From: an uncultured virus (IMG/VR IMGVR_UViG_3300017751_000007)
Taxonomy: Duplodnaviria > Heunggongvirae > Uroviricota > Caudoviricetes
Direction: 5' to 3' (one strand)
Length of the DNA stretch: 64,000 nt
Virus record (IMG/VR): IMGVR_UViG_3300017751_000007
Part shown: piece by piece, positions 10,503-20,892 of the stretch
Layout: every line of letters begins with the position of its first letter
How positions within the stretch are numbered: position 1 is the first letter of the stretch
The notes under the pieces: generated by a model
Database searches by the model: none
What the model saw: the letters and a program-made list of their open reading frames with translations, nothing else
Told to the model about the DNA's origin: nothing
Made by a program: the position numbers and the translations under genes

Positions 10503-11391
10503 AAAATTCAGACCAAAATGTGTACAGTTTGATAGACAAATGGCCTTTACATCAACCGGTTTTGTTGTACCTTGTTGTTGGATTGATAGTCCTGGTGGAA
10601 GAAAAGACGCAACGTTAAAACAATTCTATCAAAAAGATATGCATATTGACAACTTTGATTCAATAGATGATATAATAGATAGTCCTCTTTACAAAGATTG
10701 GTTTGATATGTTAGTAAATAAACCTGAACTAGCACCAAACTATTGTAAACATTTTTGTTCTACAACATCTTTAGATAAACACCCCACTAAAACTAGTCTA
10801 TCAACCGAACAAGTGGACTTTGATAGAGTTATTGTTGCTAAATGGGGAGAAAAATATAATAGTTGGCATGTAAATAATCTTAAATTCATGCTTGACAATT
10901 ATTCAGGTATAAAGTATAATAACTTTGTTGTATTTGAAAAAGATACCTTTGGTAATATGTACAACAAATTAGAAATCTTTAATGACTATAAAGATGGTAC
11001 AAATCTATACCTAGATTTAGATATGGTAATTTATGATAAGTTGCCTAATTTAGTTAGAAAAGATTTTACTTTAATGTATGACTGGTGGCGAGAAGAACAC
11101 CATACACCTCTAAACTCTTCTATGGTTTCTTGGACTGGCGATATATCTCATATCTATAAAAAGTTTGTAGATAACAAAGAGTATTATCTAAAGAAATATC
11201 CTACAAGTATTGATGAGTTTTATTATCACGAAATAGAATATAAGACTTTTGATAAAGTTTGTTATTCAATCAAAGAACATGAGTATGACAAAGAACCTAT
11301 GAAAGGTTTTGGTCTATGTACATTTGGTCAAATGCAACACTTATTAGAAGATGGTTGGTCTGGTTGGTGGTCTAAGTATCTAAACAGTTAA
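10495..11391 (+). CDS. SPASM/twitch-like Fe-S domain fused to a GT8-like glycosyltransferase
   Basis: N-terminal C...GFVVPCCW...CKHFC; C-terminal KWGEKY...YNKL...YLDLD...LNSS. Confidence 0.65.
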   Translation: MTKKFRPKCVQFDRQMAFTSTGFVVPCCWIDSPGGRKDATLKQFYQKDMHIDNFDSIDDIIDSPLYKDWFDMLVNKPELAPNYCKHFCSTTSLDKHPTKTSLSTEQVDFDRVIVAKWGEKYNSWHVNNLKFMLDNYSGIKYNNFVVFEKDTFGNMYNKLEIFNDYKDGTNLYLDLDMVIYDKLPNLVRKDFTLMYDWWREEHHTPLNSSMVSWTGDISHIYKKFVDNKEYYLKKYPTSIDEFYYHEIEYKTFDKVCYSIKEHEYDKEPMKGFGLCTFGQMQHLLEDGWSGWWSKYLNS

Positions 11392-11863
11392 TGGCGGCTT
11401 GAATTGCCTCAATCTTTGTTTTAGATTTTCTAATTGCTGTCTTTTGTTCCATATTATCGGAATCTCTAACATCATCAATTTCAAATAAGGCAAGTTTCAA
11501 TGCAAACAAATGGTCTGCATTTCCTTTATCTTCAAATATAGATTTAACTAGATATGGATAAAACTTTGTATCAATTTTGTTTTGGTCAAAGATAAGTCCT
11601 TCTTTCTTTGCAATATCAACAATCTGTGCTTCAAATTCAGCACGGTCATTTTTTATTTTTTGATAAGTAATCTCATGTAGTTTATCAAGGTCAATATACT
11701 CTATTAAGTTTTTATAGTCTTCATTATCCTCATTGAAAGGAATAATCATTGCATTTACTTCCTTTTTATTAGGTGTAGAAGTTAAAACTTCAATGTTCTT
11801 TCTCTCATTGTCAATAAAGTATGCTGTAATAAGATTTGTTGATAATAATTCTTTAGTTAACAT
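11372..11863 (-). CDS. hypothetical protein
   Basis: 163-aa ORF coupled to the epimerase. Confidence 0.7.
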   Translation of the reverse strand: MLTKELLSTNLITAYFIDNERKNIEVLTSTPNKKEVNAMIIPFNEDNEDYKNLIEYIDLDKLHEITYQKIKNDRAEFEAQIVDIAKKEGLIFDQNKIDTKFYPYLVKSIFEDKGNADHLFALKLALFEIDDVRDSDNMEQKTAIRKSKTKIEAIQAAINCLDT

Positions 11864-12587
11864 TTCTATGTTCCTCTATATAATCATATATGTTTGTTTT
11901 TGCTTCCCAACCATAAGATTGTAATACGTCTGTATTGGCAAGATTATCTTCACGTTCATGTTCGTCACCTATAACTGGTGTATATTCTATTTGAAATCTA
12001 CTAACAATTTCAGAAAGTAAATTAGTTTGTCCTGTACCTACATCAATAACACCTCTTAAATCGGTGTCCATAACTGTAGTAATAGCGTCTAATACATCTT
12101 CAACATGAATAAAATCTCTACTGTGATTTGTATTAAGATATTCTATATTGTTATTTAATATTTTAGGTATTAACATAGTTTCTGGCGCACCTCTACCATA
12201 AACTGTAGTAAATCTTAAACCTAAACTATCATAAGGTTCTGCTATTTGTTCTAATGAAAATTTACTCATTGCATATGGATTTCTCCATGGTTCTGCAGCT
12301 GTACTAGAACTAGCGTAAATGATTTTTGTATCTTTAAAGTTTTCAAACAATCTTTGACTAACAATACAGTTTTGTTTCCAGTATTCAGTAGGATTATCTA
12401 AACTTTTTCTAACACCAGATAAACCTGCTAAATGTATTACTAAATCTACATGATAGTTTAATGGACAATCCATTAAATCATTACCAGATTTAACATCTAT
12501 TCCTGTTATGTTGTGATTGAGTTTTTTTAAATGTGAATGTAGGTGTGTACCTATGAAGCCATCACTGCCTGTTAATAATATATTCAT
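11853..12587 (-). CDS. NAD-dependent epimerase/dehydratase
   Basis: TGSDGFIG, YAMSK (YxxxK) and RDFIHVED. Confidence 0.9.
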   Translation of the reverse strand: MNILLTGSDGFIGTHLHSHLKKLNHNITGIDVKSGNDLMDCPLNYHVDLVIHLAGLSGVRKSLDNPTEYWKQNCIVSQRLFENFKDTKIIYASSSTAAEPWRNPYAMSKFSLEQIAEPYDSLGLRFTTVYGRGAPETMLIPKILNNNIEYLNTNHSRDFIHVEDVLDAITTVMDTDLRGVIDVGTGQTNLLSEIVSRFQIEYTPVIGDEHEREDNLANTDVLQSYGWEAKTNIYDYIEEHRNVN

Positions 12588-12602
12588 AATTTTCCATAAT
12601 GT

Positions 12603-13556
12603 TTAACTTACTACTAATCGTAAGTAATAAGTATTTATAGTCGTAGGAGTACCGTTCGGAAACTCCTGTGCTCTGTAGTCATTTGTATTCACGTATCTTG
12701 TTTGATAGTTACCAGAACCATTTAGTCTAGTATCTGCCATACCTGTTCCTTTTGTATAGTTAGTTGTATTTGTACCTAAACTATATGTGATTTTTTTACC
12801 AACAATACTAGTTACACTAATATTCATTAATTGTTTTGCCATTTCACCAAAAGTAGCAGTTGTAAATTCTTGTATATGTCCTGCACTTGTAATAAACATA
12901 GGTGGTGTATATGTTGGACTTGCCATTATATTTCTATGTAAATAATAATTTTGTATTGTACTAGGTTGGTCTAAAGCTTCAGGTATAGAACCTGATGAAT
13001 AAGCACCAAGATTTGCTCTCGTATCTACAAAACAAGGTGTAGCAGAAACAACTTCTTGTTCAGAGTTTGCGGCTGTTGAAGAAGATGATATAAAATAAGT
13101 ACCTGCTTGAGTAACAGAATTTGTTGAAGAAGCTATTTCTGAAATAACTGGATTGACAAAAGTATCTCTCATGTCATCAACTGTCATTGCTTTAATGTCA
13201 CCACCATCTTGATAAACAGGATATAAAATACCTGTATCTGTATCTAATGTTTCTGTACTAGGAATTATTTGTTGAAGATGATTATAGTTTACTGTAACAA
13301 CAGAAGGCTCTGCCGTTGTTCCTTCACTTGGTGTTGAACTTACGTTTGTTGAATATGAACCTGCTTGAAGTCTTGTATCTGAAATGGTACCTATAGTACC
13401 ACTATTAGCATTTACAGCTAATTGAATAATACTTCTAGTATTTGTTCCACCTACTTGAAATTGATATCTGAAAACATTTTTTATCTGGTCAACCATAACA
13501 GTTGACATTTCCTGCAAGTCGCCGGAATTATTGTAAAGTGGTGTTCTTACTGCCAT
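12603..13556 (-). CDS. virion structural protein
   Basis: 317 aa, T/S-rich, in the tail operon. Confidence 0.55.
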   Translation of the reverse strand: MAVRTPLYNNSGDLQEMSTVMVDQIKNVFRYQFQVGGTNTRSIIQLAVNANSGTIGTISDTRLQAGSYSTNVSSTPSEGTTAEPSVVTVNYNHLQQIIPSTETLDTDTGILYPVYQDGGDIKAMTVDDMRDTFVNPVISEIASSTNSVTQAGTYFISSSSTAANSEQEVVSATPCFVDTRANLGAYSSGSIPEALDQPSTIQNYYLHRNIMASPTYTPPMFITSAGHIQEFTTATFGEMAKQLMNISVTSIVGKKITYSLGTNTTNYTKGTGMADTRLNGSGNYQTRYVNTNDYRAQEFPNGTPTTINTYYLRLVVS

Positions 13557-13574
13557 TATCTATCTCTTTATTCA

Positions 13575-14513
13575 TTAACTACCAGCGCCGTACAGTGTTT
13601 TAACTGCAACGCCAGCAGAGTTATATATTACTAATGTTTGTACGGATTTTAATTCAGAAGAACCGATAGCGTCATTAGCCATCATTGATTCTGTCACTGC
13701 GTCTGTAGAACCTGTTGTAATAACTGTACCTGATTCATCAGGAATTGTAATTGTTCTATCTGCTGACGGGTCTGTAACTGTAATTGTTGTTTCATTATCG
13801 TCAGGTGTAGAACCTTCAAAAATCATATTTGTTTGCAAGATTGGTGTAGCTGTAATTGCTAAGAAACCACTTGCTTGTGTAGAACGTAATCTAGGAAAAC
13901 CAGAAACTTCATCTATTTGTAATAGACCTGTTGATGTTTCTAATGATGTTGCTCTTAACGTGTCATTAACTACAACTCTAGTTGAGTCTGTAGAACGAAT
14001 TTCGTTACCTGAAATCTGTACTGTACCAAAAGTTGATGTTCCACCAGTAGCAGTAAAACCAGAACCTGTAATTGTACCTGTTGTTTCTAAATTGTCGTCT
14101 GCAAACTGAATAGTACCGGTACTGTCTGTAATATCATTATTTGAAATTGTTATTGTACCAACACCTATAGAGTTAGTAACTGTTAAGTCGTTTGCAATAG
14201 TAACATCATTTGGTAAACCAAGTGTTAATGTATCTGTAGCACTTACAACTGCGTCAACTTCATTAGCAGAACCTAATACTCGTAATACGTTACCACCACC
14301 AATAATCTGTCTGCTTGAACTAGAGTCTTCTATTGTCCAACCAGCAGTTGATGTTGCAATAGAAATCGTTTCGTTCATGGCGTCAATTAGATTAGTCGCA
14401 CTAATAGCCGCAGATAAATTTGCTTTATCTCCGAAATCGTTAGCCGCCAAATCGTTAAATGTGGTTCTAAACGTTTCTAAAGTATCTGTTTGATTTATAA
14501 CCTTAACTGCCAT
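13575..14513 (-). CDS. fibre-like virion structural protein
   Basis: TDTLETFRTTFN N-terminus and FEGSTPDDNETT...ADRTITIPD fibre motif. Confidence 0.6.
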   Translation of the reverse strand: MAVKVINQTDTLETFRTTFNDLAANDFGDKANLSAAISATNLIDAMNETISIATSTAGWTIEDSSSSRQIIGGGNVLRVLGSANEVDAVVSATDTLTLGLPNDVTIANDLTVTNSIGVGTITISNNDITDSTGTIQFADDNLETTGTITGSGFTATGGTSTFGTVQISGNEIRSTDSTRVVVNDTLRATSLETSTGLLQIDEVSGFPRLRSTQASGFLAITATPILQTNMIFEGSTPDDNETTITVTDPSADRTITIPDESGTVITTGSTDAVTESMMANDAIGSSELKSVQTLVIYNSAGVAVKTLYGAGS

Positions 14514-14752
14514 TATTCGCCTTTATTTCCTATTGCCTTGTTTAAAAGATTTTTTATTTCAAATAATTCTTTCTTTAAAGTATTTATCTCTTTTACTGCA
14601 TGTCTAATTTCATCACCAGTTGATTTTCTATTCTTACGTCTTTCCATATACTCTTGGAATGATACTGTATTAGTGTTAATGATAGCTTTATTATATGTAT
14701 CTCTAACTAGTGTAGTATGACCTTCAACTTTTTTAAAAAGAACATCACTCAT
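14513..14752 (-). CDS. conserved T4-like hypothetical protein
   Basis: KVEGHTTLVRD...AIIN followed by coiled coil; this type usually follows the VrlC-like gene. Confidence 0.7.
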   Translation of the reverse strand: MSDVLFKKVEGHTTLVRDTYNKAIINTNTVSFQEYMERRKNRKSTGDEIRHAVKEINTLKKELFEIKNLLNKAIGNKGE

Positions 14753-17700
14753 TATACTGCCAATGCTATGCCTCTCATGTCTCTAATCTTAGGTACATAA
14801 GCAGAGTTTGTACTCTTCATAACAATCTTAATTTGGAAAGTTGTAAACTCACTTAAATTTTCAGCACTATATTTGTACTCTTTATAACTTTCGTCACTTT
14901 CAGAAGGAGTGATTAAAATATCTTCTTCGCCATTTACATTAAATGGTGTCCAACTTAATTCATTAATATCTCTTGATTCTTCAGCAGACGAATTTCTATA
15001 GAACAATTGTACACTTGCAACACTTCTAACATTTTGAGTTAATCTAACTTCTAATGCTGTTGAAGGATTTTCTAATACAATCGGTCTAGTTAAGTAAACA
15101 GCCGCACTTGATGTACCAGACGAAGCTGTGTCATCAACAAAGTTTGGTGTATTGCCTGTTGTTGGACTATTAATTCTATTTTGTACTGTAATTGCACTAC
15201 ATCTTTGTAAATCAATAACTGGAGATAATTTTTCACTAGTTGTTGATAATACTGCATTTACAAATAATGACTTACTACCTGCCATTTCATTTGTTTCATT
15301 GGCAGTAGAAGCGACCAGTTGTGGTGCTGTAAAGTAAATATTATCATTCGCTGATACTGAAACTGAATTATTTGCAGCCGTTAAACTAAACTCTGTTTCA
15401 CTACCATGAACTGAAGCACCTGTAGTTGGCCTCATGTTATAAGTTAATCCTGTTCCTGGAACAGTCATAGTTTGAATATTTAAATTCAAAGTATCATACA
15501 ATCTATTTTGAGTTGCTGTGACATCTGCACCACCAACATCACCTGTTGCTGTTGCTGTACCAGTTGTTGTAATCTCGTAACTATCTAAAGTAATATTTGA
15601 AATTGAGTTGTATGTTCCGTTAATATCACTGTGAGCAATACCATTGTATGTACCTGTTGGCACACCAGCGATAGTCACATTGTTATTTGAACCATGCATA
15701 CCGTGATTAGGATGTGAAACTCTAATTACACCTGAACTATTTGTTGTTCTTAATGCATTATTTTTTAACGTTCTAGCCGGTAGTGTATCGTTTACAACCG
15801 TTAGTGTTCCGTTTGTACCAGTTGTAAACGAACACCTTTTTAGTTTGAATTTCATATCTTCATTTTGTTCAGCAGTCCATGTTGAACCGTTTTGTGATTT
15901 GAATAATACACCGGCATAAGGTTGTGCCGAGATTGTTCTATCTGAACCTAATTGTGTTTCACCAATTCTTGATACGAAAGCATTGTACTCGTTTGTATTT
16001 GCTAATACTACGAATGAATATTCTACATTTTCTTGTATGTAAATCGGACTAGGGAAGTTAAACGTTGTAGCAACTGAACTATCAGCACTTGTGTTTACTG
16101 CACTAGGATTTAATGTTACTTCACCAAATGGTAAAATAGTAGTTGACGGATAACCATTCTTAACTTCTCTAATTTGAACAGTAACAGGAATGTTAGCGTC
16201 TTTAGATTGGAAATATAAATCTATTGAAGATAAGAAAACACCACCTGGGTCATCAATTAAGAATGTTTGTGCCAAAGGATCCCACCAACCAACTTGTACG
16301 TTTGTTTCTCTTGTTGATGTTCTTGTAATCTGTCTATTTTCTGTAACACTTTCTCTAACAACTCTAGGCTCTCTTGTTGATACAATACTCTCTTGTACTG
16401 TTTCTAATGTACCTCTTGCTGTATAGTCTGCTTCACCAGCAGTAGCAATGTCCGAGTTTCTATCGTTAGTAGATGAACTTGTTAATCTGAATACTCTTGT
16501 ACCTGTTCGCCATCTTGGATTTGCGTCAACAGTTGGGTCAGGTATAGTAAATGTTCCGTTGATTGCACCATTAGCGTCTGCAACAATATTACCACCTAAT
16601 GTTCCACCCTCTGGTGTAACGTATGTTGATACATCAATATTATCAAAGTATGGATATAATCTTGTATTAGGTTTAAATCTTGTACCGTTGAATGTGATTG
16701 TTCTACTTCTTACAAATGGAACAAATGCAACGTTGATAATTTTATCACCTAATGATTCTCTAACAACTTGTGGAACAATTGTACTTCTAACACCTGTTCT
16801 AGTTTGATTAACTTGTTGTGTAGTTGTAATTTGTTGTCTTTGTAATACTCTTCGGCCTCTACCAAAAATGTTTGGTACACCAAATGCATGTTCTCTTACT
16901 CTACCACCAATATTAGTAGTTTGTTCAGTAGGTCTTCCAGTCCACATATCTTGCCACTCGTTCCAAACTGTACCAACTTCAATTGATTGAAGATTTGGAT
17001 TTCCTAAGTTTGCAACCATAGTGTCAAAGGCACCTTGTTCATTTATAACTAATTCTGGTGCTCTTTCTGTTTCTTTCCATTCGTCTCCTGGAGGAGATAA
17101 TTCTATTGAACCAACCCATGTAAATACGTTGAATGGGTTTACGTTAATAAATTTACTAGCGTAAGGTTGGTCAACTAATGTTGATTCTGTGTATGGTAAT
17201 GTAATACAGTCACCAGTTTTTTGGTAACCTGCAGCTGTTCTATCTGCACTTGTAATAACTGTGCCATCTTCGTCTGATTCAATTAGTTGTACTGAATCTT
17301 CCTTAAACGTAGGTCTTACTTCACCTACTGCCATGTCCATAGAACATTTGTAATCTAAATTACTTACGTCACCAATACCATGACCAGTAAAGTTATCTAC
17401 GATAAATCCATTTTTAAATCTATCAAAACCATCTGCGTCTTGTATTTGTAATTGTTGTGTCTGTGTTTCTAATAAAGAAAGTTGTGTGTAGTATTCAACT
17501 GTCTCAATACGTTTTTCTAATCTACCAATATCTCTCATAGTATAACGTTTGTTATCTACTGTTTTAATATCAATATCGTCTGTAGTTAGTGTATAAGCAG
17601 GAATGTACAATGTATATAAATGCATTGCACCATCTAATTGTTTAGGCGATTGAGGTATTTCAGAAGAAGCACCCTCAATTACTTTAAATGAACCCTCTTT

Positions 17701-20700
17701 ATCTAAAAAGATTTTATCAATTCTTGGTAAGTAGTATTCAAAATCTGTAGTAACATTACCACCAAATTTAATTACATCTACTGTAGAAGCACCAGCGCCA
17801 TCAAAACTTCTGTCTTGACCACCTGAACTAATTGTACTTGCGTCATCAACTCTTGGTCTAAAGTCTAAACAATCTCTTAATTCAAAACTGTCACCAGAAG
17901 TATCAGAAAGATAAGTTGGAATGTCTTCGTAATCTACAACACCTGAATAAGAGTCTACATCAAAGTAATCTCCTGAACCGTGTGAAAAGAAATCAAAGGT
18001 AACAAGTAATCTACCTGTTGGTGCTAATTCACCAGTTTTTAATTTAATTCTACCAATGTCATAGTAGTTATCTCTTTGACCTGTATCTAAAATAAATCTG
18101 TCTGTAATATCAGTATCGCCTGATATTGCATTTGTACTAAAGTCAGCGGCCATCTTAACACTCTTTAAAGCATAAACATCAGCTTTTGCTAACCCAATTG
18201 TACCGGATTGAATTATTGACTGTGAAGTTATTTGTACAGTTGAATTACTATTAAGTGTTTTTGTTTTACTATCTGCAACACTTCTAGTTACAGTAGCAAG
18301 AATTTTAATCTTAGCATTTGCATAAGCAGTACCAAAGTCTAACGTTAAAGTTTTACCTGTAGGAGAACCTGCAAGTGTGAATATGGGATTACTGTTTGCA
18401 TTGTTACCTGTCAAACTCATTACATCACCAGTTGCACCAGATGAAGCAGAAGCAATATCCATAATAGATACTGAATAATCTCCCTCAGCTAATGAACCAA
18501 AGACCTCGTTAGTACCAGCAGTGATTGTTGCCGAACCACTTGATAGTGTAACTGCAAAGTGTCTTCTAACTGTAAAGTTTGTATCGGTTAAAGATGAATT
18601 AGCCGCCGTCTTTAGTGTTTTGATTGTTGCGTGTGGTAATGGGAAGATAGAAACGTTTTTATTACTATCTTGTAATTTACCTCTATTTCTAGTCGCAATA
18701 GTTTTTGTTGATACGTCTGAACCACCAAGAACTGTTGTAAATTCTAAAGTAGTATCGCTTGAAATGGATTCTATAATTCTTGTTACTGAAGCACCAGCGT
18801 CTGTAGTAAATGTAATTTCATCACCTACTTTTAATTCAGTATTAAATCTTGTACCGAAACCTGTAACTGCTGTGCCACCAGAGGCAACTGAAATAGAACC
18901 TGAAATCTGTAAACTTTCTCCGTACGTTGCACTACGAGAAACGTCTGAGGTATATGTTGGTGTTCCTGCCATACCAAGGTGTTTAACATTTGCAAAATCA
19001 AAAGTTGTTGCACCTTTTTGACCTAATCTGTCATTTTGAATTACGGCAGTATTACCTGAAGTCCCGCCTGTGATTGTTTCTCCGGCCACGAATGTGCCTT
19101 GTACATTTGAAACGATTGCTAAACCATGTTCTACAGTACCACCAGAAGTGTATGCTGTTACGTTTTGAGCAGTTGTTCCGTCTGCACCATATAATTCAAA
19201 TGTGTTTGTGCCAGGATTTCTAACAGTAAATACTTGTGCTGAAGAGTCTTGTGAAACTGAATCAAGACCAAAACCTGTTACACCTGAAATAGTAACTTGT
19301 TGTCCTTCTTTAAATTTGTGTGCTGTTGCCGTTACAACACCTGGATTTGCAACTGTAATACCTGAAATTGATTTACTTTCTTCGTTTGAAATACTTTCAT
19401 ATGTCGCACTTGCACCACTTGTACCACCTGTTACTACTTCGCCATCTGTAAATGCTGTACCAGTTTGTAAGTTTAGGTGTGTAAACATGTTAATATCAAA
19501 CATGTAGTGTCTGTAGATTGCACTAGTTAAAGAGGCACTTGAAAAAGTAAATGCACTAGGTGTACCTGTTACATATTCAAACCCTTTAGACTTTGCACGA
19601 CCAATTGTATTTAAACTAGATAAACTACCATTGTTTTCTGTTCCTCTAGCTGCTGATAGAGTATTGTACAGATTAATCTTTTTAAATGCTTCTACGTCAC
19701 CAGTTACGAAACCAATATCTGGTGTTCCAAAAACGTTAGTGACATTAACAAAGTTACCTACATCAAATTTTGTAATAAAGTTATTTTGTGTTTCAAAACT
19801 TCTCGCTTTGTTTACTTCAACAAAAGTAGTACCAATTGTTTCAATTTCATAACCTTTAACATATGCTTTACCAGGTCCTAAACCAACTGCAAGTTTAGAT
19901 TCTAAACCACTGTTTGCACTTGTATAGATACCTCTATTATTACCTGTTTGTAAATGTTCTCTAATATCAATATCAAAATCTCTAACAGAATAGTCACCTG
20001 ATTCATCAAATGTTCTTCTTGCTAAAGTATCTTCTAATACTGCATACTCTGTTGTTCTAACTTGGTTTTGAATAATACCTTTTTGCAATCTTAATAATTC
20101 AACAAAGTTTGCGTCTGCTGAAGAACCAACTGTAAGTTTAGATAAAGTTAAATCAATTTTAAATCTGTGAGCACCTGGAGCATTTACGTTAGATGAACCA
20201 GCTGCGTTATCGTTTAGTGTACCGTCATCATTTTGAGTAACAAAAGATTCTGAAATTGTTAAACCAACTCTGTATGATGGTGTGTTTGTGTATTTGTCTA
20301 ATAGAATTGTTTGCTCTGCAACATTGACATGAAAACCATTAATGTAGTAAGTACCAGCTGCAACAAAAGCGGCCGAACCAGTTGCTGTCGTATTAACTAT
20401 TGCTGTTAAAGAAGTTACAACACCGTCAATAGTTGCTGAACCTGTAATAGTTTCTCCGTCTGTAAATGCTTGTGCTGTATTAGTTGTACCAGAGTTTGTG
20501 TATTTTACGAATAGTGTATCAGGATCCGTACCGTCTGTAATAGATGTATTACCGACTTTAGCAGTTACACCAGAAGTACCACCTGTAAGAACTATATCTT
20601 TAAAATTTGATAAAGTTGATGTGCCTGTGTAAGAAGTTAGTTTGACTGCATAGTAATTTAAGTCGTACCCAATTTCTCCAGGTATAACCATTGCACCTTT

Positions 20701-20874
20701 TTTGAAAAGGTGGTCAGATACTTTCTCTACTTGGTTTTGTAGAATTGTTTGTGATTGTGTTAACTCTCTAGCCTGTACTGCGAAAGCGGGTCTAAAAAGA
20801 ACTCTATGGAACTTTTTTGATTCTGCGTAATCGTCAAAGTATGGTGAGAGGTTAAAATCAGTTGGACTCGGCAT
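14752..20874 (-). CDS. large VrlC-like virion structural protein (DUF4815-type)
   Basis: 2040 aa; PYFDDY...RVLFRP...QARELTQ, LARRTFDESG, RYTMRDIG and DPLAQTF motifs. Confidence 0.8.
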   Translation of the reverse strand: MPSPTDFNLSPYFDDYAESKKFHRVLFRPAFAVQARELTQSQTILQNQVEKVSDHLFKKGAMVIPGEIGYDLNYYAVKLTSYTGTSTLSNFKDIVLTGGTSGVTAKVGNTSITDGTDPDTLFVKYTNSGTTNTAQAFTDGETITGSATIDGVVTSLTAIVNTTATGSAAFVAAGTYYINGFHVNVAEQTILLDKYTNTPSYRVGLTISESFVTQNDDGTLNDNAAGSSNVNAPGAHRFKIDLTLSKLTVGSSADANFVELLRLQKGIIQNQVRTTEYAVLEDTLARRTFDESGDYSVRDFDIDIREHLQTGNNRGIYTSANSGLESKLAVGLGPGKAYVKGYEIETIGTTFVEVNKARSFETQNNFITKFDVGNFVNVTNVFGTPDIGFVTGDVEAFKKINLYNTLSAARGTENNGSLSSLNTIGRAKSKGFEYVTGTPSAFTFSSASLTSAIYRHYMFDINMFTHLNLQTGTAFTDGEVVTGGTSGASATYESISNEESKSISGITVANPGVVTATAHKFKEGQQVTISGVTGFGLDSVSQDSSAQVFTVRNPGTNTFELYGADGTTAQNVTAYTSGGTVEHGLAIVSNVQGTFVAGETITGGTSGNTAVIQNDRLGQKGATTFDFANVKHLGMAGTPTYTSDVSRSATYGESLQISGSISVASGGTAVTGFGTRFNTELKVGDEITFTTDAGASVTRIIESISSDTTLEFTTVLGGSDVSTKTIATRNRGKLQDSNKNVSIFPLPHATIKTLKTAANSSLTDTNFTVRRHFAVTLSSGSATITAGTNEVFGSLAEGDYSVSIMDIASASSGATGDVMSLTGNNANSNPIFTLAGSPTGKTLTLDFGTAYANAKIKILATVTRSVADSKTKTLNSNSTVQITSQSIIQSGTIGLAKADVYALKSVKMAADFSTNAISGDTDITDRFILDTGQRDNYYDIGRIKLKTGELAPTGRLLVTFDFFSHGSGDYFDVDSYSGVVDYEDIPTYLSDTSGDSFELRDCLDFRPRVDDASTISSGGQDRSFDGAGASTVDVIKFGGNVTTDFEYYLPRIDKIFLDKEGSFKVIEGASSEIPQSPKQLDGAMHLYTLYIPAYTLTTDDIDIKTVDNKRYTMRDIGRLEKRIETVEYYTQLSLLETQTQQLQIQDADGFDRFKNGFIVDNFTGHGIGDVSNLDYKCSMDMAVGEVRPTFKEDSVQLIESDEDGTVITSADRTAAGYQKTGDCITLPYTESTLVDQPYASKFINVNPFNVFTWVGSIELSPPGDEWKETERAPELVINEQGAFDTMVANLGNPNLQSIEVGTVWNEWQDMWTGRPTEQTTNIGGRVREHAFGVPNIFGRGRRVLQRQQITTTQQVNQTRTGVRSTIVPQVVRESLGDKIINVAFVPFVRSRTITFNGTRFKPNTRLYPYFDNIDVSTYVTPEGGTLGGNIVADANGAINGTFTIPDPTVDANPRWRTGTRVFRLTSSSTNDRNSDIATAGEADYTARGTLETVQESIVSTREPRVVRESVTENRQITRTSTRETNVQVGWWDPLAQTFLIDDPGGVFLSSIDLYFQSKDANIPVTVQIREVKNGYPSTTILPFGEVTLNPSAVNTSADSSVATTFNFPSPIYIQENVEYSFVVLANTNEYNAFVSRIGETQLGSDRTISAQPYAGVLFKSQNGSTWTAEQNEDMKFKLKRCSFTTGTNGTLTVVNDTLPARTLKNNALRTTNSSGVIRVSHPNHGMHGSNNNVTIAGVPTGTYNGIAHSDINGTYNSISNITLDSYEITTTGTATATGDVGGADVTATQNRLYDTLNLNIQTMTVPGTGLTYNMRPTTGASVHGSETEFSLTAANNSVSVSANDNIYFTAPQLVASTANETNEMAGSKSLFVNAVLSTTSEKLSPVIDLQRCSAITVQNRINSPTTGNTPNFVDDTASSGTSSAAVYLTRPIVLENPSTALEVRLTQNVRSVASVQLFYRNSSAEESRDINELSWTPFNVNGEEDILITPSESDESYKEYKYSAENLSEFTTFQIKIVMKSTNSAYVPKIRDMRGIALAV

Positions 20875-20892
20875 TTATTAAGTATCCTCTGG

